Assembly (NCBI GenBank): GCA_937859895.1
Contig: CALMAV010000178.1
Location: 678-64,677, forward strand
Direction: 5' to 3'
Source of the DNA: an uncultured Bryobacterales bacterium
GTDB lineage: Bacteria; Acidobacteriota; Terriglobia; Bryobacterales; Bryobacteraceae
Length of the DNA stretch: 64,000 nt
The notes under the pieces are model-generated. The model was not told where the DNA came from and made no database searches. It saw nothing but the letters and a program-made list of their open reading frames with translations. Made by a program: the position numbers and the translations under genes. Positions 54,539-64,000 of this stretch are shown here, piece by piece. How positions within the stretch are numbered: position 1 is the stretch's first letter; every line of letters starts with the position of its first letter.

Positions 54539-57500
54539 TCAGAACAGCAGCTTAAGAGCGAACTGGATTTGACGGGGATTCGATCCAGCAGCCGTAGAGC
54601 TGATTGTGCCGAAGTCGCTGTTTCCAAACGTAGAGGCCGGTGTAGCAAAATTCGCTGTGTTGGTGAGATTGAATGTCTCCGCCCTAAATTGAACGGTATA
54701 ACGCTCCCGGAAAGGAAACTGCTTAAAGAGCGAAAGATCAAGGTGGCGTTGAGATGGACCGAAGAGCCGGTTGCGCCGTTCGTCGCCGAGCGTTCCCGGT
54801 GTTTGCAAGGCGAAAGCTGCGGTGTTGAAGAACTCGGCGATGCTCCGGTTAGAGATCGAGGTCGACGCAATCTGATCCGGGCGATCGCTCCCGATGCCGG
54901 GTATACCGCTTTGATTTTGGTTATTTGTGACGGTGAAAGGCTGGCCGGTATCCCATTGTGCAATCACGTTGACAGCCCAGCCTTGACCGAGTGCGCGAGC
55001 GACTCCCGTTAAATTACTGCCAAAGGGAAGTTCATAATTCACCATCGCCGAAAAAGCGCTTCGAACGAAGGAGTCAGTGTAGCCCATATCGTACTGTTGC
55101 CAGCCGTGAAAGATCAAGGGGCTGCTCGGATTAGCTCGGTTATCAACTGAGCATAAGCCGACGCAGTTGTAGGCGGCGCCGGGGCCTTCGTCAATCACCG
55201 GCGTATTGCCGGTCGCGCTCGCGTAGGCGTAATTCACGTTAGCCGCCAGGCCATGGGTGAACCGCCGTTGAAACTGAAGCTGAAGAGCGTTGTACTCCGA
55301 AACGCCGCCGGTCGCCCGCTGATTAATTGCGGTACCCACTAAATTCGGGAACGGTAGAGGAAGATTGGGATTGCCCGGCAAGTTGATATTGGGATTGGCG
55401 GTCAGGTGCCGGCCGAGATTGCCCACATAACCTACCATTAGAATATTTGCGCCGACTTGCTTCTGTACCTGCAACGTATATTGTTCGAGGTAACTGGATT
55501 GCGCATGGAAGTCGGTAGCGTTAATGGTCGTGCCCTGGTACAGAAGCGGGTTGGTAGCCAAAGCGGGATTGATGGTCGGAACCGGAAGCGCCGCAGAAAT
55601 AAGTGCCGCGCCTTGCAGGTTTGCTTGGTAAGGACCGGCACAGGGCGATTGATTGTAGGGAAGCTCGCCGCATCCATAGATGAAGGTATATGGAGCATTC
55701 TTCATAGCAGCGCCTGAGGCCGAGTTGCCGGGCCAGAAGGTCATGCCAAAACCGCCGCGAATCACCAGGTTATGCGGAAGCGTCGCGGCGAACCCGATGC
55801 GGGGCGCCACGTTGCCATAATCGGTGTTCACCCCAGCAGTGGCTCCGCTATGTTGCACGCCGGGCAAGTTCGGGCCGTAGAGCAGTCCTAAGTTCGAGTT
55901 AAAGTTCGCGAACTGGCCATGATGTTCGGTGAAGGGCGTGAAAATGTCATAACGTAGTCCGAGGTTCAGCGTGAGCCAGCGGCGTACGCGCCAGTCGTCC
56001 TGTCCGTAGAAGTGTGGTTCCCAGGACCGGTATGAGGGAAAGTTCAGGGTTTCGTTGCGCGCCTCAGTCGATGCGATTCCGGTCAGCAGGTCAGTCAGCA
56101 CCTCTACGTTGCTGCCGTTCAGATCAAACTCGCCGCGCGGCTGAGCGCTTTGGCCCGACGATAACTGCCGGCGAATGAACCCAGCACCGAATTTGAAGTT
56201 ATGCGCGCCGGTCGTCCATCCGACAGATCCTTGATAGATGAAACTGTTATCGATGGTGACAAGCGGGATGTAGTTCGCGTCGCCCAGGCTCTCGTATCCG
56301 CCGCCCATGCTGATGAAGGGCAGACCACTCGAGGCAAGATCTCCAGGAATGTTGATGCAGCTGGCGGGATTGCAGGTAAAGCCTAAGGCATTAGCGGAGC
56401 TTGATCCAGAGTTGAGCGGGTTCGACCTGATCGCCGTCCGCAGGTACCCAGCTTTAAGTTCCAGCACAACACTTGGACTGAGAACATTGACGTAGCCCAA
56501 CATCACGTTTTGAGCGCGCTCCTTGGCTGTACCGGCAAAGCTCTGGCCGCCTGCCGCGTTGTATCCGTCACCGGGGAATAGGGTCACGCCGTCCACCGAA
56601 GTCTTCGGCAGGATGTTGGGAGTGAACGTAGTCACATCGTTGAATGAATACCGGCTGAAGATCGTTTGCTGCGAGTTGATGTGATGATCCACCCGGCCAT
56701 CGAAAGTGGAGCTGTACTGGGTTCTACGAGGGCTCGTGGTGAAGTTGTTCACGGTGCCGGGACCATTCGGTGACGGATACAGACTAAAGAGAGTGGCACC
56801 CAAGGGACTAAGCTGAGAGGCTGGAATGGAAGGCCCGCCAATATCGGTTAAGTTGCCTGGATTGGCATGTTCAAACGCGGTCGGCACGGTGACCGTGGAA
56901 GTCGTGCCGGCGACTTGCCGGTATCCCTCGTAGTCACCAAAGAAAAAGGTTTTGTCTTTGATGATGGGTCCGCCCACGCTGCCGCCGAATTGATTTTGAC
57001 GGAGTTCGTTGCGGGGCAGACCGGCCGTGTTCGCAAAAAAGTCATTGGCGTCGAGAACGTCGTTACGCAAGAATTCAAAGACCGACCCATGTAACTGGTT
57101 CGTGCCGGATTTGGTAATCAAATCGACGACTGCGCCGGCTGTACGGCCCAGTTCCGCCGGGGGAAGGTTGGTGGTGACTCGCACTTCCTGTACGGCATCA
57201 ATGGAAGGACGCACGCCGATGGTGCCGATGAATCTTTCGTTATTGTCCATGCCGTCCAGCAAATTGTTATTCACTTCGTCGGTTTGACCATTGGCTGAGT
57301 ACGAGGACGACAACCGCCGGTCATCAGGCCGCGCGCCGCTGCTCAACGAATTCGACAGGCCTTGCGACACGCCCGCCGACAGCTGCACCAGATTAATGTA
57401 GTTGCGCCCGTTCAATGGGAGATCCTGGACGGCCCGATCAGTAATCATGGTGCCGACTGAAGAACTGTCGGTTTGTAACGCCGCAGCGGTAGCACTTACA

Positions 57501-57871
57501 TCGACTTCGACTGCCTGCTGTCCTACCACAAGCGTGGCATCTACGCGCAAACGATCGCCCACGGCGAGCTTAATTGAATGCGCTTCGAAATTAGCAAAGC
57601 CTTTCGCTTTTACTGTCAGATTGTAAGAGCCCACCTCGAGACCAGAGAAGCCGTAATCCCCGTTGGAGCTGGTGTTGGTTGTGCGCGTCGTTCCGGTCCC
57701 GGTGTTTACAACGGTTACTGGAGCATCGGCGATAAGGGCTCTGGAGGCGTCGGTCACTGTTCCGATTACGTCGGCTGTCGTTAGCTGAGCGTAGCCTTTA
57801 TTTGTCGCTGCAGCTAGTAGAAAGAAGCAAAACAAACAGGTGTGCCGCGTACATGGCGATGCAATAAACAT
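54539..57871 (-). CDS. TonB-dependent receptor with an N-terminal carboxypeptidase-regulatory-like domain (1110 aa)
   Basis: Signal peptide, VIGTVTDASRALIADAPVTVVNTGTG...GDYGFSGLEVGSYNLTVKAKGF, a plug and a long barrel ending RQIQFALKLLF. Confidence 0.9.
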   Translation of the reverse strand: MFIASPCTRHTCLFCFFLLAAATNKGYAQLTTADVIGTVTDASRALIADAPVTVVNTGTGTTRTTNTSSNGDYGFSGLEVGSYNLTVKAKGFANFEAHSIKLAVGDRLRVDATLVVGQQAVEVDVSATAAALQTDSSSVGTMITDRAVQDLPLNGRNYINLVQLSAGVSQGLSNSLSSGARPDDRRLSSSYSANGQTDEVNNNLLDGMDNNERFIGTIGVRPSIDAVQEVRVTTNLPPAELGRTAGAVVDLITKSGTNQLHGSVFEFLRNDVLDANDFFANTAGLPRNELRQNQFGGSVGGPIIKDKTFFFGDYEGYRQVAGTTSTVTVPTAFEHANPGNLTDIGGPSIPASQLSPLGATLFSLYPSPNGPGTVNNFTTSPRRTQYSSTFDGRVDHHINSQQTIFSRYSFNDVTTFTPNILPKTSVDGVTLFPGDGYNAAGGQSFAGTAKERAQNVMLGYVNVLSPSVVLELKAGYLRTAIRSNPLNSGSSSANALGFTCNPASCINIPGDLASSGLPFISMGGGYESLGDANYIPLVTIDNSFIYQGSVGWTTGAHNFKFGAGFIRRQLSSGQSAQPRGEFDLNGSNVEVLTDLLTGIASTEARNETLNFPSYRSWEPHFYGQDDWRVRRWLTLNLGLRYDIFTPFTEHHGQFANFNSNLGLLYGPNLPGVQHSGATAGVNTDYGNVAPRIGFAATLPHNLVIRGGFGMTFWPGNSASGAAMKNAPYTFIYGCGELPYNQSPCAGPYQANLQGAALISAALPVPTINPALATNPLLYQGTTINATDFHAQSSYLEQYTLQVQKQVGANILMVGYVGNLGRHLTANPNINLPGNPNLPLPFPNLVGTAINQRATGGVSEYNALQLQFQRRFTHGLAANVNYAYASATGNTPVIDEGPGAAYNCVGLCSVDNRANPSSPLIFHGWQQYDMGYTDSFVRSAFSAMVNYELPFGSNLTGVARALGQGWAVNVIAQWDTGQPFTVTNNQNQSGIPGIGSDRPDQIASTSISNRSIAEFFNTAAFALQTPGTLGDERRNRLFGPSQRHLDLSLFKQFPFRERYTVQFRAETFNLTNTANFATPASTFGNSDFGTISSTAAGSNPRQIQFALKLLF

Positions 57872-58061
57872 CTTGGATAACCTCTATGGCGTTTGACTTC
57901 GGATTGAGTCTACCCCGATGTCATAAGACTGTCAATAAAGCTCGCGCATTTTTATGCTTGAAGTGCCGCGATCCGATCATTCGAGTACTTCGAGCTGGCT
58001 ACCCCCGGTAGGCTTCCAGCCTAGTGTTCGGCGCATGCACTGCCAGAATGGGTACGTTCCC

Positions 58062-58850
58062 ATGCCGCGCCAAGCCAAAGTTGAGGATCGAAAACAGCGA
58101 ATCTTGCTGGATCTAGCGAGAAACGGTCGGCTCTCGGCTGAACGGATCTCTGCTGAGTTAGGTATTTCCATCGCGACCGTACGCCGGGATCTAAATGAGC
58201 TGGAAAGCGAGGGACGGTTAAGGCGCACGCACGGCGGAGCGATCCCGCTAGAACCGCTCAACTATGAAGCCTTCAAGCACGATTCTTCATTCCAGGAGCA
58301 GATCGGGCAACACGCGGATGAGAAACGGCAAATTGCTTCGGTGGCAGCAGAACTGGTCCGAGAATCCGATACGATTGCCATGACGCCTGGCACGACCACG
58401 ACACAGATTGTACGAAGTTTGCCTTTAAAGGCGGGCTTGACCGTGGTCACCAACACGATCAACGTACCGATGGAGCTTAGTAACCGTTCGGATATCAGCG
58501 TTCTGGTTATTGGTGGTTTTCTGCGCGGGGGCTGGTTTTCACTGGTCGGTCCATCAGCCTTGCAGCAGATTGCTCATCTGATTGTGAATCTCGTTTTTAT
58601 CGGCGTAAACGGCATCGATACCAAATGGGGTTTGACATGCTTTAACCCGGACGAGGCGGCTTTTAACCGCGCGTTGATTGGACGGGCGCAGCGCAGAGTC
58701 GTTGTCGCCGACCGGAGCAAATTAGGAGTGACGGCCACATATGAGTTCTGGCCCATCGACCAGATCGATATGCTGATCACCGACGGGGGGGCAGATGATG
58801 AACAGATTGCGCCGTTTATGGCGCGCGGTATCGAGGTCAGGCGAGCGTAA
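58062..58850 (+). CDS. DeoR/GlpR-family transcriptional regulator
   Basis: The start is set at MPRQAKVEDRKQRIL. HTH is RILLDLARNGRLSAERISAELGISIATVRRDLNELESEGRLRRTHGGA, followed by a DeoR C-terminal sensor domain. Confidence 0.9.
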   Translation: MPRQAKVEDRKQRILLDLARNGRLSAERISAELGISIATVRRDLNELESEGRLRRTHGGAIPLEPLNYEAFKHDSSFQEQIGQHADEKRQIASVAAELVRESDTIAMTPGTTTTQIVRSLPLKAGLTVVTNTINVPMELSNRSDISVLVIGGFLRGGWFSLVGPSALQQIAHLIVNLVFIGVNGIDTKWGLTCFNPDEAAFNRALIGRAQRRVVVADRSKLGVTATYEFWPIDQIDMLITDGGADDEQIAPFMARGIEVRRA

Positions 58851-58954
58851 TTACCGCTCATTTCTCTGCTTGTTTGGTTTGTATTAGCGCATTTTACTTG
58901 ACACACTGCTGGGTTCGTGGCAATCTGTGGAACGTTGACGGCCCTTGACGGCAA

Positions 58955-61186
58955 ATGCTGAACCCTAAACGCGCTTTTCTTGCTTGCTTTCTTCTTTTTG
59001 TTCCGGGCTGCTTCGGCCAGCGGACTACCATTTTGCTGGACGGGGTCTGGAACATCGACGATTCGGTGTCTGCGACCGAGCGGCCCACCCGATTCACCCA
59101 TCATGTTCCGGTTCCAGGCCTGGCCCATTCAGCCGAGCCTGGCTTTTCGGATGTGGATTTGTTCGACAGCCGGGAGCACATTGTCAACCAGGTTGCGAAC
59201 GGCATGCTGCCTCGTTCGGCTCTGGTGAATCATACGGGCGTATCCCATCAGAAGAGAAATTATTTCTGGTATCAGCGGACAATTGATGTCCAGCCAGAGA
59301 AGGCAGCAGTCGCCGTTCTCAAAATCAACAAAGCCCAGTTCGGGGCCGCGGTCTGGGTAAACGGGCAACTGGTGGGCGAACATCTACCCTGTTTCACGGC
59401 TGCGTTGTTCGACGTTACTGGAGCGCTTCGTCCGGGCTCAAACGAGATTCTAATTCGGATCGGCGCACATCCGGGTGTTCTCCCGTCGAATGTCTCGGCA
59501 GGAACTGATTTTGAAAAGGTTCGTTGGACTCCCGGAATTTACGATGATGTTTCTCTTCTCTTGAGCGGCAATCCGGTCATTGAGACGGTTCAAGTGGCCC
59601 CTCACATTTCGCCCGACACCGGAATTACGGTTCAGACGAAGCTCAAGAATTACGGCGTCTCGGCAGCACGCTTTGAGTTGAAACAGCAGGTGCACGGCTG
59701 GAAGCAGTCGAGTGTTGAGGCGAAAGCCAGTCTGCGCGGTTCACTTGCTCCGGGAGAAGAGAAGATTGTCAATCAGACACTGGCAATCCCTCGTGCACGC
59801 CTTTGGTCCCCGGAGACGCCCGATCTTTACGTTCTTGAAAGCAGCACCGGCGCAGACAGTGCAACGACCCGTTTCGGCGTTCGTGAATTCCGGTTCGATA
59901 CCGCCACGCGGCGAGCCTATCTGAACGGGAAACCGATCTTCATGCGGGGGTCGAATATCACGCTTCACCGCCTGTTTGAGGACCCTTTGTCCGGCACCTT
60001 GCCCTGGAATGACGAGTGGGTGCGGAAAGTGTTAGGCGTGATCCCGAAGCAGATGCACTGGAACAGTCTCCGGTTTTGTATCGGTCCGGTACCGGAGCAT
60101 TGGCTGCAAGTGGCTGATGAGACAGGATTGCTGATTCAGAATGAGTACTTCGTCTGGGTTGGCGGAGGCTGGTTCGGCAAAGATTACCAGCCACATCTGG
60201 ATAACAACGAACTTATCGGCGAGCTGAAAGAGTGGATGCGCGATAACTGGAATCACCCGAGTGTTGTGATCTGGGACGCAAACAATGAGAGTACTTATCC
60301 GGACTTCACGACGAAGATCATTCCGGCCGTCCGCTCGCTGGACCTGTCGAACCGGCCATGGGAGAACAGCTACAATCCGCCAGTCGGGCCAAACGATCCG
60401 GTTGAAGTGCATCCGTATCTGTTCAGCAAGCTGCATTCTTTCGAAGCACAAAATGTGGAGAAGCCGCGAAACGAATCTTCATTCAGCATGGCTGACCTGC
60501 AATATGATTCGCCCACGCGATCCGCTGAGGCGACAGGGCATGCGGAGATCGTGAACGAGTATGGCTGGCTTTGGCTGAACCGGAACGGTAGCCCCACAAA
60601 GTTGACGAACGACGTTTACCCCAAAATACTCGGCGGCAAGAACACAGCAGAGGAGCGCCTGAAGTGGAATGCCTATCTTCTAGCGGGACTCAGCGAGTTT
60701 TGGCGGGCTTACCGGCTTTTTGCAGGAGTCGATCATTTTGTCTACCTGACTGGGTGCGATCCCGAAGGATATACCTGCGACAACTTTCGCGATATTCGCA
60801 CGCTGGAGCTACAGCCGCACTTCGTCGATTATGTCGGTAACGCGTTCGCGCCTCTTGGCGTGTATCTCAACTTCTGGCAACCGGCTCTTGACGCATCGAG
60901 CCACCAGTCTTTCACCGTCATGATGGTCAATGACGACGATTCAGCTACGGCAGGCACGCTTAGCCTGATTCTGGAAGATGCTCAAGGGCGGACCCTGGCC
61001 AGGCGGGAACAACCGTTTGCAGTGCCGGCTCTTGGCCAGATGACCACCATGCTGGATCTCGATGTTCCGGCAGTGACCGGCCAGTGCACCTTAAAAGCGG
61101 TCGCCGAACCGCACACCGGAAAGCCATCGACGCCCACAACGAGTCGGCGCTGGGTAGAGATGGTGAAGACTCAGGTAAAACAATAG
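58955..61186 (+). CDS. Secreted glycoside hydrolase, GH2-like (beta-mannosidase / beta-galactosidase type, 743 aa)
   Basis: Signal peptide. N-terminal sugar-binding-domain pattern (YFWYQRTIDV..., AVWVNGQLVGEH, NEILIRIG), a TIM-barrel part with IRGSNI..., NSLRF and VIWDANNES (acid/base NE-type motif). Confidence 0.7.
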   Translation: MLNPKRAFLACFLLFVPGCFGQRTTILLDGVWNIDDSVSATERPTRFTHHVPVPGLAHSAEPGFSDVDLFDSREHIVNQVANGMLPRSALVNHTGVSHQKRNYFWYQRTIDVQPEKAAVAVLKINKAQFGAAVWVNGQLVGEHLPCFTAALFDVTGALRPGSNEILIRIGAHPGVLPSNVSAGTDFEKVRWTPGIYDDVSLLLSGNPVIETVQVAPHISPDTGITVQTKLKNYGVSAARFELKQQVHGWKQSSVEAKASLRGSLAPGEEKIVNQTLAIPRARLWSPETPDLYVLESSTGADSATTRFGVREFRFDTATRRAYLNGKPIFMRGSNITLHRLFEDPLSGTLPWNDEWVRKVLGVIPKQMHWNSLRFCIGPVPEHWLQVADETGLLIQNEYFVWVGGGWFGKDYQPHLDNNELIGELKEWMRDNWNHPSVVIWDANNESTYPDFTTKIIPAVRSLDLSNRPWENSYNPPVGPNDPVEVHPYLFSKLHSFEAQNVEKPRNESSFSMADLQYDSPTRSAEATGHAEIVNEYGWLWLNRNGSPTKLTNDVYPKILGGKNTAEERLKWNAYLLAGLSEFWRAYRLFAGVDHFVYLTGCDPEGYTCDNFRDIRTLELQPHFVDYVGNAFAPLGVYLNFWQPALDASSHQSFTVMMVNDDDSATAGTLSLILEDAQGRTLARREQPFAVPALGQMTTMLDLDVPAVTGQCTLKAVAEPHTGKPSTPTTSRRWVEMVKTQVKQ

Positions 61187-61188
61187 GC

Positions 61189-61755
61189 ATGGAAATAGAA
61201 CCTGACTGCAGCATTTCGGTTAACCTTGCCAGCGGCCTGATGAGCGGCCGGAGAGTGGGCGAGATCGTTCGAACGTTGGCCGATTTGGCAGGCATCTTTG
61301 CCGACGAGCAGGCGCGCCGCTCAATGCCTCAGGAGCAACCGGTGTACCGGGTGCAAAGCTACACACCGGTGGAAGAAGGAGTGAATGGCGGCCTTTTCTG
61401 GGGGGTCACTTTCTTATATCCGGGACGGGTCGGCGACGAATACTTCATGACCAAAGGTCATTTTCATACGATTCGGAATCGCGCGGAGTACTACGTCACA
61501 GTGAACGGTTTTGGCGCCCTTATTTTAATGGAGGAGGACGGCAGCACACGTCTGGACTGGATGATGCCCGGCACCGTTCATTACATTCCCGGGCACACTG
61601 CCCACCGCGTTGCTAATACCGGTTCGACTACACTCTCGTTCCTCGCATGCTGGCCCAGCGACGCCGGCCACGATTACGGAGTAATTGCCGAACATGGTTT
61701 CGGCGGCCGCGTTATGTGCGTAAACAATGCACCGGCGCTCGTTCCCCAATCATGA
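61189..61755 (+). CDS. Cupin-type glucose-6-phosphate isomerase (cPGI, 188 aa)
   Basis: GDEYFMTKGHFHTIRNRAEYYVTVNG matches the cPGI signature T-x-G-H-x-H-x(6-8)-E-x-Y, and a later HYIPGHTAHRVANTG is present. The start is set at MEIEPD, 3 nt after the GH2 stop. Confidence 0.8.
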   Translation: MEIEPDCSISVNLASGLMSGRRVGEIVRTLADLAGIFADEQARRSMPQEQPVYRVQSYTPVEEGVNGGLFWGVTFLYPGRVGDEYFMTKGHFHTIRNRAEYYVTVNGFGALILMEEDGSTRLDWMMPGTVHYIPGHTAHRVANTGSTTLSFLACWPSDAGHDYGVIAEHGFGGRVMCVNNAPALVPQS

Positions 61756-62708
61756 AGGTGCTGGCCGTAGATCTTGGCGGCAGTCACGTCGCTTGTGCTC
61801 TGGTAGAAGACGATTCCATTGTCAAATCAGAGTCATTCCAACTGCCTCCCGCGGCACGGATGAGTGATGTGCTTGCTCTAGTAGAGCAGCCTTTGCTCGC
61901 CTTGCGCGAAATGGCTTCGCACTCGGGCGCCGAGTGCAGCGGACTTGCCTTCAGCTTTTGTGGATTAGTGAATCCGCTGGCTGGGCGTATTGTTTCAACA
62001 AATGGCAAATACGACGATGGCCGGGAGCTAGATCTGGGCAAGTGGGCGCTCGAGCGGCTGAGCTTACGCCTGCTGCTTGAAAACGATGCCCGAACCGCGC
62101 TGCTAGGAGAGTATTATGCGGGCGCAGCACGCGGTTTCGATGACGTGGTCATGATGACCTTGGGCACGGGCGTTGGCGGAGCGGCCATGATAAACGGCAG
62201 GCTGCTGCACGGCAAGCATTTTCAGGCAGGCTGTCTAGGCGGGCATTTGGGGGTCAACTATCGGGGCCGGGTCTGTACCTGCGGCAATGTGGGTTGCCTC
62301 GAATCGGAAGCTTCGACCTGGGCTCTCCCTGCAATCTGCACAGCTACTCCCGGCTTCGAAGAGAGCGTGCTTCGGCACGCTCCCAAACTAGACTTTCAAA
62401 CGGTCTTCGCAGCATCGGCTGAAGGCGACGAGTGCGCAATACGAGTGGGCGACACTTGCGTCGAAGCGTGGGCTGCCGGTTGTGTCACCATGATTCACGC
62501 TTATGATCCGGAGGTCGTGGTAGTAGGAGGAGGAACGATGCGTGCCGCCGAGCAGATTCTGCCCGCGCTCGGGGCGCACATCTCCCGTTGCGCGTGGACA
62601 CCGTGGGGCAAAGTGAAGGTGCGCGCTGCGAAACTGGGCTCGGCGGCTTCTCTGCTGGGTGCGGTACCGCTTTTCCGAATGAACTCTCAAATGGACGCTC
62701 GAAAGTGA
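61752..62708 (+). CDS. ROK-family sugar kinase
   Basis: MKVLAVDLGGSHV (phosphate-1), ENDARTALLGEY, LGTGVGGA and the ROK zinc motif CTCGNVGCLES. ATGA overlap with the cPGI stop. Confidence 0.9.
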   Translation: MKVLAVDLGGSHVACALVEDDSIVKSESFQLPPAARMSDVLALVEQPLLALREMASHSGAECSGLAFSFCGLVNPLAGRIVSTNGKYDDGRELDLGKWALERLSLRLLLENDARTALLGEYYAGAARGFDDVVMMTLGTGVGGAAMINGRLLHGKHFQAGCLGGHLGVNYRGRVCTCGNVGCLESEASTWALPAICTATPGFEESVLRHAPKLDFQTVFAASAEGDECAIRVGDTCVEAWAAGCVTMIHAYDPEVVVVGGGTMRAAEQILPALGAHISRCAWTPWGKVKVRAAKLGSAASLLGAVPLFRMNSQMDARK

Positions 62709-64000
62709 CTGATTCGCCATACGACAAATACCCGGTGATCCGCACCGGTATTGACGGTGATGTGTTGTCGCTCGGATGGAATGACATACTCGAACGCGTT
62801 CGCGGCGAGGTGTCGAGAGGCGCACGAAAGATTGTGATCGAGTGCTACCCGGGTGTTTTCACCGATGATATCCGGCTCGCGTTTAACCAAAGCGAAACTG
62901 CCTGGACCGTCTTCGATACAGCAGCTCCTTTCAAGGCATCCAGCGAAATTGAGCGACTGGTGTCGCGTGATCTGACGAACGATCCCGTTTTCGGGCGAAT
63001 GAACGGCCTCACATTGGCGGATTTCATCGATCATCGCCGCCTGTCTGAGCTCAGCGGCCAAGTCAACGGTGACAGACCGGTTGTGGTGATTGGCACGGGG
63101 GCAACGCTGGTCTTACCGGAACCTGATCTGCTCATCTATGCAAACCTGCCGCGCTGGGAGATTCAGAAGCGGCAGCGCGCCGGATCAATCGGCAATCTCG
63201 GAGCGGAGAACCAGGGGGAACGGCCCTCTCTGAAGTACAAGCGAGGATTTTTCGTCGACTGGCGCGTTGCCGACCGGATCAAACAAGCACTGCTCGGAAA
63301 GCTTGATTACCTGCTCGATACCACCGATGAAAAGCTACCCAAGATGGTAACCGGGAATGCCTATCGTGCCGGGCTCAACGCTCTCACCAGGCGGCCCTTT
63401 CGAGTAGTCCCGTTCTTCGATCCGGGGCCATGGGGCGGGCAGTGGATGCGCGATGTGTGCGGGCTGCCGTCCGGTGAGCCTAATTATGCGTGGTGCTTCG
63501 ACTGCGTGCCGGAAGAAAACAGCCTCCTGCTCGAATACGGCAGCACGACAATCGAGGTTCCCGCCATAGACCTGGTGTTCCAGCACCCTCGTGAGTTACT
63601 GGGTGATCCGGTACACGCGAGGTTCGGCACAGAGTTCCCCATCCGGTTCGACTTTCTCGACACGATGGAGGGCGGAAATCTTTCTTTGCAAGTGCATCCG
63701 TTGACCGAGTACATACAGGAAGCATTCGGCATGGCATACACACAGGACGAGAGCTATTACTTGCTTGATGCGGCGCCGGATGCCTGCGTCTACCTCGGTT
63801 TGAAACCAACAGTCAATCGCAATGCCATGCGGCAGGAACTCCAGGAGGCGCAGGCAGGAGGCGCTCCTTTTGATGTGCCGAAGTACGTCAATCGATGGCC
63901 GGCGCGCAAACATGACCACTTTTTGATCCCGGCCGGAACAGTGCATTGCTCAGGCCGTAACAGCATGGTTCTCGAAATTAGCGCAACACCTTACATATTT
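62705..64000 (+). CDS. Class-I mannose-6-phosphate-isomerase-like protein, 3'-partial (runs off the window)
   Basis: Open frame from GTG 62705 (GTGA overlap with the ROK stop) to the window end. It is absent from the ORF track because no stop is reached. Motifs: PWGGQWM, FPIRFDFLDTMEGGNLSLQVHP, QDESYYLLDA and FLIPAGTVHCSG (type-I PMI-like zinc/active-site pattern). Confidence 0.7.
   Translation, partial: MTDSPYDKYPVIRTGIDGDVLSLGWNDILERVRGEVSRGARKIVIECYPGVFTDDIRLAFNQSETAWTVFDTAAPFKASSEIERLVSRDLTNDPVFGRMNGLTLADFIDHRRLSELSGQVNGDRPVVVIGTGATLVLPEPDLLIYANLPRWEIQKRQRAGSIGNLGAENQGERPSLKYKRGFFVDWRVADRIKQALLGKLDYLLDTTDEKLPKMVTGNAYRAGLNALTRRPFRVVPFFDPGPWGGQWMRDVCGLPSGEPNYAWCFDCVPEENSLLLEYGSTTIEVPAIDLVFQHPRELLGDPVHARFGTEFPIRFDFLDTMEGGNLSLQVHPLTEYIQEAFGMAYTQDESYYLLDAAPDACVYLGLKPTVNRNAMRQELQEAQAGGAPFDVPKYVNRWPARKHDHFLIPAGTVHCSGRNSMVLEISATPYIF

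Overview
High-GC 64-kb window that looks like an Acidobacteriota (Terriglobia-like) replicon. The evidence is two very large TonB-dependent receptors with carboxypeptidase-regulatory-like N-termini and an aromatic C-terminal residue, plus PQQ/cytochrome c, ThuA-like and Gfo/Idh/MocA genes. This taxon call is an inference from protein style, not from a search. Layout: (i) 1-7.4 kb is a small accessory patch holding hypotheticals, an intact tyrosine integrase followed directly by an orphan three-domain SIR2 protein, a decayed paralogous integrase, TPR and ankyrin proteins, and a GH13 C-terminal remnant. (ii) 7.4-24 kb is a LacI-associated redox/carbohydrate locus with a PQQ dehydrogenase, dihaem cytochrome c, two xylose-isomerase-like TIM barrels, a PhyH dioxygenase, Gfo/Idh/MocA, ThuA-like and TPR proteins, a TonB receptor and a PQQ-repeat propeller. 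(iii) 24-54 kb is a mosaic accessory region. It holds a SprT-like remnant, an XRE / Zn-ribbon / membrane double-AAA module, an HNH-integrase operon, two translationally coupled giant tyrosine-recombinase genes, an IS6 transposase remnant, a RES-Xre toxin-antitoxin pair, an MBL-fold gene coupled to an E2-E1-JAB fusion gene, a frameshifted integrase and an intact one, a ScpA-like kleisin, and a plasmid-type maintenance and replication backbone (about 164-bp tandem repeats, GATAGC boxes, parA plus an RHH partner, repA-like, and a 1.45-kb field of 17-bp iterons). (iv) 54.5-64 kb is a DeoR-associated mannoside-type locus with a TonB receptor, GH2, cupin-type PGI, ROK kinase and a PMI-like gene that runs off the window. 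The best candidate for an undescribed system is the two-gene MBL + E2-E1-JAB operon (39975-43335). It is a ubiquitin-like conjugation module with no CD-NTase and no separate Ubl gene. Its E2 domain is missing from the ORF track because the 5' end of the gene is frameshifted. No rRNA, tRNA or CRISPR array was recognised. All family calls come from motif recognition by eye and need profile searches to confirm.
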